Shown piece by piece: positions 45,370 through 55,940 of a stretch of DNA of 56,096 bases. The position numbers and the translations under genes were made by a program. Source of the DNA: Candidatus Woesearchaeota archaeon (GTDB taxonomy: Archaea; Nanobdellota; Nanobdellia; SCGC-AAA011-G17; DATDVL01); NCBI GenBank assembly GCA_964365915.1, contig CAYIRJ010000001.1:1-56096 (forward strand). Direction: 5' to 3'. Numbering within the stretch: the first letter of the stretch is position 1; the number at the start of each line of letters is the position of its first letter. The notes under the pieces are model-generated. The model had not been told where the DNA came from and did not search any database. It saw nothing but the letters and a program-made list of their open reading frames with translations.

Positions 45370-47343
45370 CTAATAAATCCTGAACAGCAGCAATTTGTTG
45401 TATCCATTGTCACTTGCATATATAAGGTTAAAATCGGGATGCCCTTTTTCCAATTGTCGGACAACATCAGCATTCAAGGGACATAATGTCGCTGCTTCTT
45501 TCAATTGTTGATAGGCAGCTCGTCCTTCACAATCTTGGTATTCATTCCAGGGATGGTCACTCGGATAGAAATCATAGAAGTTGGGTCGGGGAGCAATGAA
45601 AAGCGCATAGGAAATATGTTGCGATCCCATATACTCATAAAGATTTTCCGGCGTCTGCTCATCATATGGTTTCCAGGCGGTGTAATCAAAGGTATGTTCA
45701 AGTTGATATTTTCCGCGGTAAAAGTCATACGGATGCGGCGATGTTGTCGCTAAAATCGTTTCTTCTTTTGGGATGTATTCTTGGATGTAAGCAAACATCT
45801 CGTTCATGGGAACATAGCGCTGCTCGTAATGATTGTAAGCTAAAGCTAAAGTGAAGGTCAGGGTGAAAGCAACCAAGGCAACTAAAATGATTTTTCCAAT
45901 CCTTTTTCTGAATTGCAAAAGCAGATGCAAGGGAAAAATGCTCAACCCAATCACTGCCGGAATGTACGGAACCATGATGCGCACCGGTTTATACATCAGG
46001 ATGATATAACTCATATGGATAAGATACCACCCCGCAAACCACAAGAGAAGATAAAGAAGCAAAGGCCGTTCTTGTGCATTGCGTTGGAAAAGATAAAAGA
46101 GCGCAAAAATAAGTCCAAGAAGGAACAAGAAGAAAAGGATAAAGTTTGTTTGCCGAGGAATCAATCCAAGATACACACTCCATGCTTTGAAGGAAAGCCA
46201 TTGGCTCCAGATGCTCAAATCCCCCGTATGCCGGACATCGAAAAAGATGTTAATCACCAGTAAAGGTCCAATGCCTACCAGTGCAAATAATGCCCCATAC
46301 ACATAGGCGATGCGTTCTTTGAAGATCTTGACAATATTCCATTCTCCCTGTAAAAAGTATTCAAGAAGCAGATAGGCAGCAAAAATAGGCAGCAAAAACA
46401 ACACAGGTTGCTTGTACATAAATCCTGCTGCTATAAAGAAGAAGCTGGTGAGCATGTCAGGCAAAGAAGAATGCAGCCTGCTCCTTACAAAATAGTGGGA
46501 TGCTGCAGCAAGGAAGAATAATTGCCCTGCTTCTAAATAGCTTAAGGATGCAAAATAAAAAATAAGGGGTGAAAATAAAAAGAGAACGCTTGCAGCAAAT
46601 GCAACCTGCTTATGCAGGCGTAATGCCAGCAGCTGGTAAAAGTAGAACGCAGCCCCTACAGTAAAGAAGGGCTGCAAGACGCGCATGCCCAGTTCGCTGT
46701 ATCCGGAAAAGGAAAATTCCAGACCATAGAGCAGCGCACTGACAGGGCCGTAATATGTTAACCAGTTCAGATGGTCAAGCACGGGCGTTCCAAATTTAAG
46801 CGCATGATAGAGAACAGCGGCTTTATTCACCAAAAAGAAATACCCCAGCAACAGAACAGGAAGAAGATATAATGATTTTTTAGAAAAAGATGAAGAGAAC
46901 CTTACAATATTTTTCCGCGTTAACCAGAGAATACCCAAAAGAATAATTGCAGCAATGCGGAAAACCCAAAAGAAGTCTATGCCCAAATGGTGTTGGAAAA
47001 AGATAACTGCCGGTTCCATCAGCCAAATGCCCCGGGAAATATGGAAGGATTCATCAGACAAGGGGGGTAAATCTTGCACTAAAAAAGGAAGTTGTACAAT
47101 GAAATAAACAATGCTCAGCCAAAGCAGTAATTTCCAATGTTCTTTAAATAAGGAAAATTTTTTCTCAGGAAAGGTTAAAGTCCAGCGATATAAAAAATAT
47201 CCCGCAACACTGACAACTGCTAATAATCCAACAAAAAGAATGATGCGTGTAGAAAATTCAGGAAATGCAAGCCAAATGGGATAAATCAGCAAGCCATACA
47301 CCCACAGCAAAAAGAAGGGCCAAAAAAAGCGCGAAGGTTTCAT
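45370..47343 (-). CDS. Large polytopic membrane protein, GT-C-like candidate
   Basis: More than 12 TM segments plus a C-terminal soluble domain. Confidence 0.55.
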   Translation of the reverse strand: MKPSRFFWPFFLLWVYGLLIYPIWLAFPEFSTRIILFVGLLAVVSVAGYFLYRWTLTFPEKKFSLFKEHWKLLLWLSIVYFIVQLPFLVQDLPPLSDESFHISRGIWLMEPAVIFFQHHLGIDFFWVFRIAAIILLGILWLTRKNIVRFSSSFSKKSLYLLPVLLLGYFFLVNKAAVLYHALKFGTPVLDHLNWLTYYGPVSALLYGLEFSFSGYSELGMRVLQPFFTVGAAFYFYQLLALRLHKQVAFAASVLFLFSPLIFYFASLSYLEAGQLFFLAAASHYFVRSRLHSSLPDMLTSFFFIAAGFMYKQPVLFLLPIFAAYLLLEYFLQGEWNIVKIFKERIAYVYGALFALVGIGPLLVINIFFDVRHTGDLSIWSQWLSFKAWSVYLGLIPRQTNFILFFLFLLGLIFALFYLFQRNAQERPLLLYLLLWFAGWYLIHMSYIILMYKPVRIMVPYIPAVIGLSIFPLHLLLQFRKRIGKIILVALVAFTLTFTLALAYNHYEQRYVPMNEMFAYIQEYIPKEETILATTSPHPYDFYRGKYQLEHTFDYTAWKPYDEQTPENLYEYMGSQHISYALFIAPRPNFYDFYPSDHPWNEYQDCEGRAAYQQLKEAATLCPLNADVVRQLEKGHPDFNLIYASDNGYNKLLLFRIY

Positions 47344-48236
47344 AGGACATTCACCGGCTGGTTATTGAGGAATGCGCGGATATTATGGAGAGTAATTGCA
47401 GCTCTGCGTTCCATTGCTTCTGCAGTCTTTGATGCGATATGCGGCGTCACAATGACATTCGGCAACGCTTTTAATTGTTCTAGATGCACGTGATCGGGTT
47501 GATCTTCTTCCTCAACGACATCAAGCCCTGCAGCGAGAAGGTGCTGTTCTTGCAGTGCACGAATGAGTGCAGGAGTATCTACAAGTGCTCCTCTGCTGGT
47601 ATTGATCAGGATCGCTCCGAGCTTCATCTGTTGCAGGGTCTCTACATTGATCAGATGGCGCGTTGCTTCCGTAAGCTGTGCATGCAAGGTCACAATGTCA
47701 GAATGTTGGAGAAGTGCAGGCAAGTCAGTGTAAGTATAGCCGAGCTGTTGTGCTGCTTGCATATCTTGGTAAATGTCATAGGCAAGAATCTGCATGCCAA
47801 ATGCCTTCGCAAGTGCAATCACTTTTTTCCCAATCCTTCCTGTGCCAATGACTCCAAGAGTCTTTCCCTGTAGTTCCAAAACAGGCTTTTGTTGTTTGAC
47901 CAAAGTAAGAAGCAGGTTAAACATGGCTTCCGCGACAGCTTGCGTTCCATAGTCAGGAGCATAGCTCACGCAGATGTTGAGATCCTTACATGCAGCAAGA
48001 TCAATATGATCATAGCCAGTGGAGCGCGTAACAATGAAGCGAAGCTGCGGAAGTTCCTGCAGGATGTCAGCAGTCAGTCGAGATTGCACAACAGTAGAAA
48101 TAATCTCTGCATTTTTAGCATAGGAAGCATTCGTTGAATTCAAGGGTTCTTTGACGAACACAAGATCAAGGTCTGACAAGTGAGTCTTAAAGTACTCTTC
48201 CGCAATGTCATGTGCTTCAAAAAACACCGCCTTCAT
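47340..48236 (-). CDS. D-isomer-specific 2-hydroxyacid dehydrogenase
   Basis: GVIGTGRIGKKV, SRGALVD and TPHIAS motifs. Confidence 0.85.
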   Translation of the reverse strand: MKAVFFEAHDIAEEYFKTHLSDLDLVFVKEPLNSTNASYAKNAEIISTVVQSRLTADILQELPQLRFIVTRSTGYDHIDLAACKDLNICVSYAPDYGTQAVAEAMFNLLLTLVKQQKPVLELQGKTLGVIGTGRIGKKVIALAKAFGMQILAYDIYQDMQAAQQLGYTYTDLPALLQHSDIVTLHAQLTEATRHLINVETLQQMKLGAILINTSRGALVDTPALIRALQEQHLLAAGLDVVEEEDQPDHVHLEQLKALPNVIVTPHIASKTAEAMERRAAITLHNIRAFLNNQPVNVL

Positions 48237-48281
48237 GAAATAAAGACGTCGCAGGGGATTTTAAAAGATTTGTGAACACTC

Positions 48282-48404
48282 AGGCGCCGTCCCGGATCGT
48301 TTTGAAATTGCTGACTTTGATCTTGTTTCGTTTGAAAGACCTAGGTTTTTTCCAATGGAACATTCCTTCCGATGGGGATCTGAAAACGATTCAGGACGGC
48401 GCTT
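48282..48404. repeat. Long-range imperfect inverted repeat (22-nt arms, 79-nt spacer) in a divergent intergenic region
   Basis: aggcgccgtcccggatcgtttt (48282-48303) pairs with aaaacgattcaggacggcgctt (48383-48404). That gives 19 Watson-Crick pairs, 2 G-U pairs and 1 mismatch. Confidence 0.7.
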
Positions 48405-48450
48405 TATTAACCAAAACCTTTAAGAAAGTTCGTGTTCTGCGTGTTGGTCC

Positions 48451-49170
48451 ATGAAAGCACAAAAACTTTCTGTCATTATTCCTGTCTATAATGAAGTCAA
48501 GACCTTGAAGGAGTTATTGCGCAGAGTAGAAGCAGTCAAGCTACCCAGCAATATGAACATGGAGATCATTCTTGTAGACGATTTTTCCAAAGATGGTTCT
48601 CGCGATCTCATGCAGAAACTCCCGAGTAAATATGTGAAAATTCTTCAGTCCAAGAACATGGGAAAAGGAGCTGCATTGAAAGCAGGCATTGCCAAAGCCA
48701 CAGGCGATTACTCCATTTTCCAGGATTCAGATTTGGAATATGATCCGAATGATTATCCTGCGTTGCTTAAACCCATCTTGGAGGGACGTGCAGATGTAGT
48801 CTGGGGCACGCGGTTCGAGGGAAAGACCTTTGCAGACTATCGCAACAAAGAAACCAAGGCGTATTTGCATCACTGGATTGGCAATAAAATCTTAACTATC
48901 ACTTTTAATGTGCTCTATGGGGTAAAATTGACTGATGCAGAGCCCTGCTATAAGATGTACAAAACCCCCATTCTCAAGTCTATCCCTATCAAGGCAGACC
49001 GCTTTGAATATGATATTGAATTGATGTGCAAGACCGTCAAGAAAGGCTGGAAGGTAACGCAAATCCCCATTAAATATAATCCAAGAAGTTTTGAAGAAGG
49101 AAAGAAAATCAAGTGGACTGATGGGGTTATCGCTGTCTGGACAATGCTGAAGTTTAGATTTAAGAACTAA
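48451..49170 (+). CDS. GT2 glycosyltransferase (dolichyl-phosphate sugar synthase-like)
   Basis: [20 protein letters not shown] and QDSDLEYDP motifs. Confidence 0.85.
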   Translation: MKAQKLSVIIPVYNEVKTLKELLRRVEAVKLPSNMNMEIILVDDFSKDGSRDLMQKLPSKYVKILQSKNMGKGAALKAGIAKATGDYSIFQDSDLEYDPNDYPALLKPILEGRADVVWGTRFEGKTFADYRNKETKAYLHHWIGNKILTITFNVLYGVKLTDAEPCYKMYKTPILKSIPIKADRFEYDIELMCKTVKKGWKVTQIPIKYNPRSFEEGKKIKWTDGVIAVWTMLKFRFKN

Positions 49171-50255
49171 ACCAAACTTTTCTGCGCGTGCACTTCTTTC
49201 GCCCAGCTCATGAAGCGTTGAATACCTGTCCGCAAATCGACGCGCGGTATATAGTTTACTTTTGTTTTTATTTTCGTTAAGTCGGGACATCTTCTGTGCG
49301 GATCTGCTTTTCCATCATACGCATCCCCCATGTTTTCCCTCGGGATATTCTGAATTTCACAGCCATACAATTCTGAAATGATCTGCGCAATCCCGCCAAT
49401 GCTAATCTCGGGGACATCTGTGCCAATGTTGAACACTTCCCCATTATGGTCAGAGAGCAACACTCTAAAGAATGCAGTAATCGCATCGCTGATGTAGCAA
49501 AAAGTTCTCGTCTGGTTTCCCGTACCGTACACAGGCAATGGCTTTCCTGCAAAATGGTGGGATGCAAAATTCGGCAGGACTCTAAAATCATCGAGACGCA
49601 TCCCCGGACCATAAATATTGAAAGGTCGAACAATCTTCACAGGCACGTGGAAGGCTTCGAAGTAGGCAATGCAGTACGTCTCTCCCAGGCGTTTTGATTC
49701 ATCATAGTTGGAACGTGGTCCGATAGAGGAGACATTGCCTCGATACGTTTCTGGCGTAGGAATAAATTCAGGATACGGATCGCCATAAATCTCGCTGCTG
49801 CTGAAGAACATGAAGCTTTCTGCCTGCTTTTCCTTTGCCAATTCCAGCATGTTCCTCGTTCCCAGGGAAGCAACATCAATGGTCTGGATCTTGTAATCTC
49901 TGTAAAATTTAGGGGAAGCAATGCCTGCAGCGTGCACCACAAAATGCACAGGCTCATCAATCTTGAAGGGTTCCCGGACATCATGTGTGATGGTCTTAAA
50001 GTTCTGGCCTTCAGGAATCCGGTATTTCACCCCCGTAATAAAATTATCTATGCTGATAACCCTGCAGGGCTGCTGCAGCACATGCTGGTTGAGGTAATCA
50101 ATAGTTCCAATGAAATAATTCCCTAAAAATCCAGCTCCTCCCGTAATCAACAAGGTCTTTCCATTGAGGCGAGAAGTAACATCCTTAATGCCTTCACTGA
50201 TCTGCTGCAAATCTTCTTCAATAATCTTGCTCATATTATTTCGAAGGCTCCACAA
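49167..50255 (-). CDS. NAD-dependent sugar-nucleotide epimerase/dehydratase (UDP-glucuronate decarboxylase-like SDR)
   Basis: [12 protein letters not shown] and YDESKRLGE (YxxxK) motifs. Confidence 0.85.
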   Translation of the reverse strand: MWSLRNNMSKIIEEDLQQISEGIKDVTSRLNGKTLLITGGAGFLGNYFIGTIDYLNQHVLQQPCRVISIDNFITGVKYRIPEGQNFKTITHDVREPFKIDEPVHFVVHAAGIASPKFYRDYKIQTIDVASLGTRNMLELAKEKQAESFMFFSSSEIYGDPYPEFIPTPETYRGNVSSIGPRSNYDESKRLGETYCIAYFEAFHVPVKIVRPFNIYGPGMRLDDFRVLPNFASHHFAGKPLPVYGTGNQTRTFCYISDAITAFFRVLLSDHNGEVFNIGTDVPEISIGGIAQIISELYGCEIQNIPRENMGDAYDGKADPHRRCPDLTKIKTKVNYIPRVDLRTGIQRFMSWAKEVHAQKSLV

Positions 50256-50742
50256 TTTTGAAGGGAAGGGTATGGGGCTTTTCCTTGGTATAGTAATGTT
50301 CCTTATCCCTCCTTCTTGGATTCAAATTGAGAATCACCGTGTTGGGCTCCAAGGTTTTCATGGCGTGCGCCACCATGCTGGGAGTATACACAATGTCGCC
50401 TTGCTTTACCAGCTGCTTTTGAAGTTCTCCATTCTTGACAACCTCTCCCTTCTCATTGATTTTCAATTGCACAGCATAGGTTGCATAGCTACCAGCAGTG
50501 CAGTAGACAAACTGGTTTAATCCGTCAGGATGGTAATGGTTAGCTCTCACATCGCCTGCATGTTTAAATTCAATGTAAGCCACCTCTACAAATGTGTCGT
50601 CAGGCACCCCCTCAGGAACTTCTTTGAGCTTGAATCCAGAACCATCTTCTGCAAGCTTCAAGAAATTGATAATCTCTCCGCGCTGGTCTTCGAAATCTGC
50701 TTTGGGTTTGAAAATGACTTCAAGGTAGGTCGTGTTCATCAT
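50236..50742 (-). CDS. Cupin-fold protein (RmlC/WxcM-like sugar epimerase or ketoisomerase candidate)
   Basis: FEDQRGEI and RANHYHPDGLNQFVYCTAGS motifs. Confidence 0.55.
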   Translation of the reverse strand: MMNTTYLEVIFKPKADFEDQRGEIINFLKLAEDGSGFKLKEVPEGVPDDTFVEVAYIEFKHAGDVRANHYHPDGLNQFVYCTAGSYATYAVQLKINEKGEVVKNGELQKQLVKQGDIVYTPSMVAHAMKTLEPNTVILNLNPRRRDKEHYYTKEKPHTLPFKIVEPSK

Positions 50743-50806
50743 GTTCCTCTAGGGAAAAACTGTTATAAATATTGTTATTGTATGCAAAAATTGCTTTAAA
50801 AGAGAT

Positions 50807-50995
50807 ATGGATGGAAAGATTTACTATTCAAAAGTAGAAGCAATAGAAAAGTTTAAAAAGAAGATGAAAAGTAAAAAGAGGATGCAAGAAATTCCACGTG
50901 AATCGCATTCCATCCAATTTTACTACAAACCCGAAGAGCCGCAGTCTCTCGATAGCCTTGTGGGCGTCACGGAAGGAAAATTCTTTTCAGGCTAA
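50807..50995 (+). CDS. Hypothetical small protein
   Basis: ORF only. Confidence 0.3.
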   Translation: MDGKIYYSKVEAIEKFKKKMKSKKRMQEIPRESHSIQFYYKPEEPQSLDSLVGVTEGKFFSG

Positions 50996-51012
50996 CCATA
51001 GGTGAAGATTAA

Positions 51013-51699
51013 ATGGGATATGAAGGAATTATTTGGGATTGCGGAGGAGTGATTATTAATTTCGATGCGGATATTACCAATAGATTATTGAGTCAAGCTA
51101 CAGGAAAGGATCCTCAAGAAATTAACGCTTACCTCTATGGCGGAAGCGCTACAGGCAGAGAATACAATGAAGGAGCAATTGAACCGTATTATTTAGGTGG
51201 TTGTGATTCTTCTCAATTTTATCGAATAATCAAGAAAGGTTTAAATTTACAAATGGCTGAAAAAGAGTTTGCAGCCATCTGGAAAGCTACTTTTACGAAT
51301 CCAAATACCGAGATTGTAGAATTCATCCATGCATTGCATCCTCGCTATCAGCAAGTAATTTTATCAAGCACAAATCCTTGGCAATGGGATCGCATGAACG
51401 AGTTTTCCACAATAGGAGGAAGAATAGATCTAGAAACGCTTCTAGGAAAGGAGCGTATTGTAACTTCTTATAGTGTGGGTCATAAAAAACCAGCACCGCA
51501 ATTATTTGAAGCTGCATGCAGATCCTTAGGATTACGAAAGGAAGAATGTGTTTATATTGATGATATTAAAAAATACACAGATGCCTTTCTTGCATGGGGT
51601 GGGGGAAACGCGGTGCATGTCGATTTGAATGCCGATGATTTTGTTGAAAACTGCATTGATGATCTAATAAAATTGGGATTTTTTCGACGGGTTTCCTGA
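51013..51699 (+). CDS. HAD-superfamily hydrolase
   Basis: IIWDCGGVI (degenerate motif I), SVGHKKPAPQLF and YIDDI motifs. Confidence 0.6.
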   Translation: MGYEGIIWDCGGVIINFDADITNRLLSQATGKDPQEINAYLYGGSATGREYNEGAIEPYYLGGCDSSQFYRIIKKGLNLQMAEKEFAAIWKATFTNPNTEIVEFIHALHPRYQQVILSSTNPWQWDRMNEFSTIGGRIDLETLLGKERIVTSYSVGHKKPAPQLFEAACRSLGLRKEECVYIDDIKKYTDAFLAWGGGNAVHVDLNADDFVENCIDDLIKLGFFRRVS

Positions 51700-51780
51700 C
51701 GATATTGGGGTTTGAAATAAGTCTTCAGATAAGTGGAATCTGCCAATAGGAAATTCATTTTTGATATTTAAAATTAGGAA

Positions 51781-53007
51781 CTATTCTATAATTTTCGGCT
51801 CAGGAAAGGGTGCAATGAACTTGATGCCGTTTTCTTGGTGCTCTTTGTTCTTCTGCACAATTTCGTTCGCAAAATTCCAAGCTAACAGCAGAACATAATC
51901 CGGCTTCTCCTCACGTAGTTTCCCTGAACTCACCACAGGGATATGATTGCCAGGAGTATACAAGCCAGCCTTCAAGGGATTATCATCTACAATGTAGTCG
52001 AGTTCTTTATTTCCCAATCCGCAGAAATGCAGTAACGTGGTAGTTTTTGCCGGGGCGCCATAGCCAGCAATTTTTTTGCCTTGCGACTTCAACAAAGTAA
52101 TATAATTGACCAGTGCTTCCTTACTTTTGTTCACTTTTGCAGCAAAGTGTTCATACGTTTTCTGTTCATGGATGCCAAAATACTTCTCCTCAGCAAGCAT
52201 CTGCTGTACCGAAGGAGCAATTTCCCATTTACCTTCTTGCTTTTTTACATAGACTCGTAAGGACCCCCCATGCGTCGTCACATGCTCGACATCAAAGACG
52301 CTCATCCCTTGCACTTCTTCAAAGAAGTACACTAAAGGCGTTAAGGAGTAGCTGTAGATATGCTCGTGGTAAATCGCGTCAAACGTCATGTTCTTCATCA
52401 TGTCTACCAAGTAAGCAACCTCAATCACAAACACCCCATCATCCTTCAGTAAGGCTTTCACATTCTTAGTAACCGCATGAATGTCCTCAATATGCGCAAA
52501 CACGTTATTGGCAGTCACGACATCTGCTTTTCCTTTTTCAGCAATAATTTGCTTTACACTTTCGGCGCTAAAGAACTCGTTTAAGGTAGCAATGCCCTCT
52601 GCATTCGCTTGACGAGCAAGGTTGTCTGCAGGCTCAACCCCATAGATCTTCACGCCAAGGTTTTTGAAACCCTTCAATAACAATCCATCATTGCTGCCAA
52701 TATCCACAACAAGTGAATGTTTTGTCAATCCAAAGCGTTGCGTCAAGTCTTCTGCCATCTTCGTGAAGTGCTCGCGGAACATTTTCGTGGTTGAAGAGAC
52801 ATAGACATAATGCTTGAACATCAGCTCAGGAGGGACCACGTAATTCAGCTGCACAAGCTTGCAATGATTGCAGAAGCAAGCTTCCAGGGGAAAGTAAGGC
52901 TCTTCCTTCTCCAGATGTTCTTTGGGTACAAAATTATTTGCCAAAGGCGTCTTCCCAAGAGAAAGGAAAAGCTGGGGATCTTCGCTACTACAAATCTTAC
53001 AGAGCAT
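51781..53007 (-). CDS. NDP-sugar C-methyltransferase-type enzyme (Zn-ribbon + class I MTase + C-methyltransferase C-domain)
   Basis: MLCKICSS...CNHCKLVQL (Zn ribbon), VVDIGSNDG, and the C-terminal domain typical of TylCIII-like enzymes. Confidence 0.8.
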   Translation of the reverse strand: MLCKICSSEDPQLFLSLGKTPLANNFVPKEHLEKEEPYFPLEACFCNHCKLVQLNYVVPPELMFKHYVYVSSTTKMFREHFTKMAEDLTQRFGLTKHSLVVDIGSNDGLLLKGFKNLGVKIYGVEPADNLARQANAEGIATLNEFFSAESVKQIIAEKGKADVVTANNVFAHIEDIHAVTKNVKALLKDDGVFVIEVAYLVDMMKNMTFDAIYHEHIYSYSLTPLVYFFEEVQGMSVFDVEHVTTHGGSLRVYVKKQEGKWEIAPSVQQMLAEEKYFGIHEQKTYEHFAAKVNKSKEALVNYITLLKSQGKKIAGYGAPAKTTTLLHFCGLGNKELDYIVDDNPLKAGLYTPGNHIPVVSSGKLREEKPDYVLLLAWNFANEIVQKNKEHQENGIKFIAPFPEPKIIE

Positions 53008-53137
53008 AGAAACAATTCTGAAAAAAGATTTTATAAGGATTATGTGCTCAAAGTTTTATCACCTTTGAAGTACAAAATGTTTTTCTGAAGTATAAAGTCA
53101 CTAAATTTATATACTCTCAAGAGCTTCGCTCATCTTC

Positions 53138-54163
53138 ATGACAAAAATAACGCGCCTCGGCATTATTGGCATAGGCCGTTGTGGAACCTATTATTTGCGC
53201 ACCTTCAATGAATTAAAGAATGCAGAAATCAAATGGATCGCTGCCACGCGCCAGTCCACCATGGAGGATGCGCTGCGCATTGTGCAGCCAGATAACGTTC
53301 CTAAAAAGACAACAGATTATCAGCACATTCTCAACGATCCGGAAATAGACGCAGTTGCCATTGCAACCCCGGGATCAACACATTTCAAGATAGTAAAGGA
53401 GGCATTGCTTGCAGGCAAGCATGTGCTCGTGGAAAAACCTTTAGCATTCTCCTCACACGAAGCAGAAGAATTAGTCCATCTTGCAGAGCAGCAGAAAAAG
53501 ACGCTCATGGTCGGCCATTTGCATTTGCATAACCCTCCCATTCAAAAGCTCAAGGAGGACATTCAGAAAGGGATGTTTGGAAACATTAAGTACATCCGTT
53601 CCTTAGGAGCAGGATCTGGCCCGATTCGTACGGATATGAGTGCAGTCTGGGATTTCTTTCCGCACGATGTTTCCATTGCATTGTATCTTTTAGATAAATT
53701 TCCCGTAAGTGTGTGTGCGCATGGCGCTTCCTACACGCAGGAAGGTATTGAGGATGTCGCAACCATCAACATGTTCTTTGACGATAATACCTTTGTTACC
53801 GCAACCTGTTCTTGGTTGGACCCTTTGAAGAAGCGCGAAGTCATTGTGGTGGGAGAGAAGCTTTCCGCAGTGTTTGACGATTATGCCTCTCCTGAAAAGC
53901 TGAAATACATTCAGCATGTTCCTTCTACTGATGCGCGCAGAGGCATGCAGCAGGATACTGAAGTGCACATTCCTTTTGTGCAGAAAGCATTGCCTTTGAC
54001 TGAAGAGCTGAAACATTTCTTAGAATGCGTGGAGACAGGAGCAATGCCGCTAACAAATGGATATAATGCCATAAAAGTAACCCGTGTTCTGGAAGCTGCG
54101 CATGAATCGATCAAGCGAGGCGGAATTCGCATCGCAGTCCCTACAGAACCTTTGATGCGTTAA
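53138..54163 (+). CDS. Gfo/Idh/MocA-family oxidoreductase
   Basis: LGIIGIGRCG and VLVEKPLA motifs. Confidence 0.85.
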   Translation: MTKITRLGIIGIGRCGTYYLRTFNELKNAEIKWIAATRQSTMEDALRIVQPDNVPKKTTDYQHILNDPEIDAVAIATPGSTHFKIVKEALLAGKHVLVEKPLAFSSHEAEELVHLAEQQKKTLMVGHLHLHNPPIQKLKEDIQKGMFGNIKYIRSLGAGSGPIRTDMSAVWDFFPHDVSIALYLLDKFPVSVCAHGASYTQEGIEDVATINMFFDDNTFVTATCSWLDPLKKREVIVVGEKLSAVFDDYASPEKLKYIQHVPSTDARRGMQQDTEVHIPFVQKALPLTEELKHFLECVETGAMPLTNGYNAIKVTRVLEAAHESIKRGGIRIAVPTEPLMR

Positions 54164-54194
54164 TCTTTTAAAGTGATTATTTTTGAGTGATAGC

Positions 54195-55226
54195 ATGATG
54201 GATCGCTTACGTTTGGGGGTTATTGGTGTTGGCCGCTGGGGAACGAATTATGTCCGCACAATTAACCACTTAGACGATGCAGAAGTCGCAGGAATGGCAG
54301 CTACAAGAAATACCTCTTTGGAGGCAATACGTGCAGCGGTTCCTTTTAAAAACAGGCCTTTAATGTTCGTCGATTATCACAGGTTACTGGATGATTCATC
54401 TATTGATGCTATTGTTGTTGCAACGCCCCCGCACACACACATTGAGATTACAACAGAAGCATTGCTTGCAGGCAAGCCAGTATTAGTAGAAAAGCCGTTT
54501 GCGTTTACCATAGAACAGATAGATGATGTAGCAAGTAAATCTACATCAATGCAAAAGAAAGTCATGGTCGGATATTTGAAATATTTTGATCCCGTTATCA
54601 ACAAATTAGAAGAAGATCTGAACAGTGGAGAATTCGGAAAATTACAATCAATACAGACAACATTTACTGCAAATGGTCCTGTTCGCCCCCATATCAATGT
54701 ATTATGGGATGTAGTAGTGCATGATATTTCTGTTTTCCAAAAATTAATCAGAAGTCCACCTGATGCTCTCATTGCTTCTGGGGCATCTTATCCTCAGAAA
54801 GAAAATTTGGAGGATATGGTGCAGATACAAGTAAGCTATCCCGATGGAGTCAACACCTTTTCATTTGCTTCATGGTTAAGTCCATTAAAACACTATCAAT
54901 TAGTTATAGTCGGAGAAAAAAAATATGCTGTTTATGAAACTGCAGCTGATCCAACACCAAAAATTCCTGTGCTTCGATACTTTGATAACAGAAAAAATGT
55001 TTTGCATGGAAAAGATCAGCAACCACAGCCAGAAATTATTACAGTCCCGGAAAAGTTGCCATTAACAGAAGAAGTCAGGCATTTCATTGATTGCGTTCGT
55101 GAAGACAAAGAACCAATAACTAATTTGGATACTGCACGAAAAATTACAGGTATTCTCCAGGCAGCGCAAAAATCCTTGGTAAAAAGAAGTGAAATCTATT
55201 TTTTTCATCAACATGGAGCTTGGTAA
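54195..55226 (+). CDS. Gfo/Idh/MocA-family oxidoreductase (paralog)
   Basis: LGVIGVGRWG and VLVEKPFA motifs. The ATG at 54195 is preferred over the TTG at 54183. Confidence 0.85.
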   Translation: MMDRLRLGVIGVGRWGTNYVRTINHLDDAEVAGMAATRNTSLEAIRAAVPFKNRPLMFVDYHRLLDDSSIDAIVVATPPHTHIEITTEALLAGKPVLVEKPFAFTIEQIDDVASKSTSMQKKVMVGYLKYFDPVINKLEEDLNSGEFGKLQSIQTTFTANGPVRPHINVLWDVVVHDISVFQKLIRSPPDALIASGASYPQKENLEDMVQIQVSYPDGVNTFSFASWLSPLKHYQLVIVGEKKYAVYETAADPTPKIPVLRYFDNRKNVLHGKDQQPQPEIITVPEKLPLTEEVRHFIDCVREDKEPITNLDTARKITGILQAAQKSLVKRSEIYFFHQHGAW

Positions 55227-55938
55227 ATTAGAAAATAAAAAGAAGATTAAGATGGAGCATGGTGAGTATGTTGACCGCGCTCCTGAAGACGTCCGTAATC
55301 CGAAAATTACAAGTGACATTTATTTACAGTTATCTGCTATTTCTGAGGACATTCAGGCGCATGCGCGGTATGCATCAGGAAAATTATTAGATATTGGTGC
55401 AGGAAAAGCCCCCTATAAACCATTTTTCCATCCGTATGTAAAAGAATATGTTAAATTTGATTCTGCTTCCACTCCAGAATGCCCTATGGACATTGTAGGC
55501 GATGCGCAAAACATGAAGATGATTAAGGCAAATTCATTTGACACGGTTTTTTCTTCACAAACATTAGAGCACATCCCCTATCCGCAGAAGGTCATTGATG
55601 AGATTTACCGTGTATTAAAGCCAGGAGGTATTTGCATTCTGACAACGCACATGGCAAATCCGTTGCATGGCATGCCCCACGACTATTTCCGGTTTACCAA
55701 GCAGGCATTTCGTCATGTGTTGTTCAAGGATTTCGAGATTATCAGAATTAAGGAGAATGGCGGTGCGTTATTATCTATTGCACAGTTTATTGTCTGGGGC
55801 ATGTCCTTCTCCTTGCCCAAATGGCTGGCGCTTCCTCCAATTGTCGTGACTAACTGGCTTGCAAAGAAGTTAGACAAGAAGTTCTTCAATGACATTTTCA
55901 CAACGAATTACATTGTGGTTGCCAGGAAGCCGAAATAA
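55213..55938 (+). CDS. Class I SAM-dependent methyltransferase
   Basis: LLDIGAGKAP and VLKPGGICILT motifs. The start is ambiguous (55213 or 55252). Confidence 0.75.
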   Translation: MELGKLENKKKIKMEHGEYVDRAPEDVRNPKITSDIYLQLSAISEDIQAHARYASGKLLDIGAGKAPYKPFFHPYVKEYVKFDSASTPECPMDIVGDAQNMKMIKANSFDTVFSSQTLEHIPYPQKVIDEIYRVLKPGGICILTTHMANPLHGMPHDYFRFTKQAFRHVLFKDFEIIRIKENGGALLSIAQFIVWGMSFSLPKWLALPPIVVTNWLAKKLDKKFFNDIFTTNYIVVARKPK

Positions 55939-55940
55939 TA

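Noticed and set aside
48272-48454. A 60-aa plus-strand ORF in the divergent intergenic region
   Set aside because: It has a non-ATG start and spans both arms of the inverted repeat and the downstream promoter. It is more likely non-coding.
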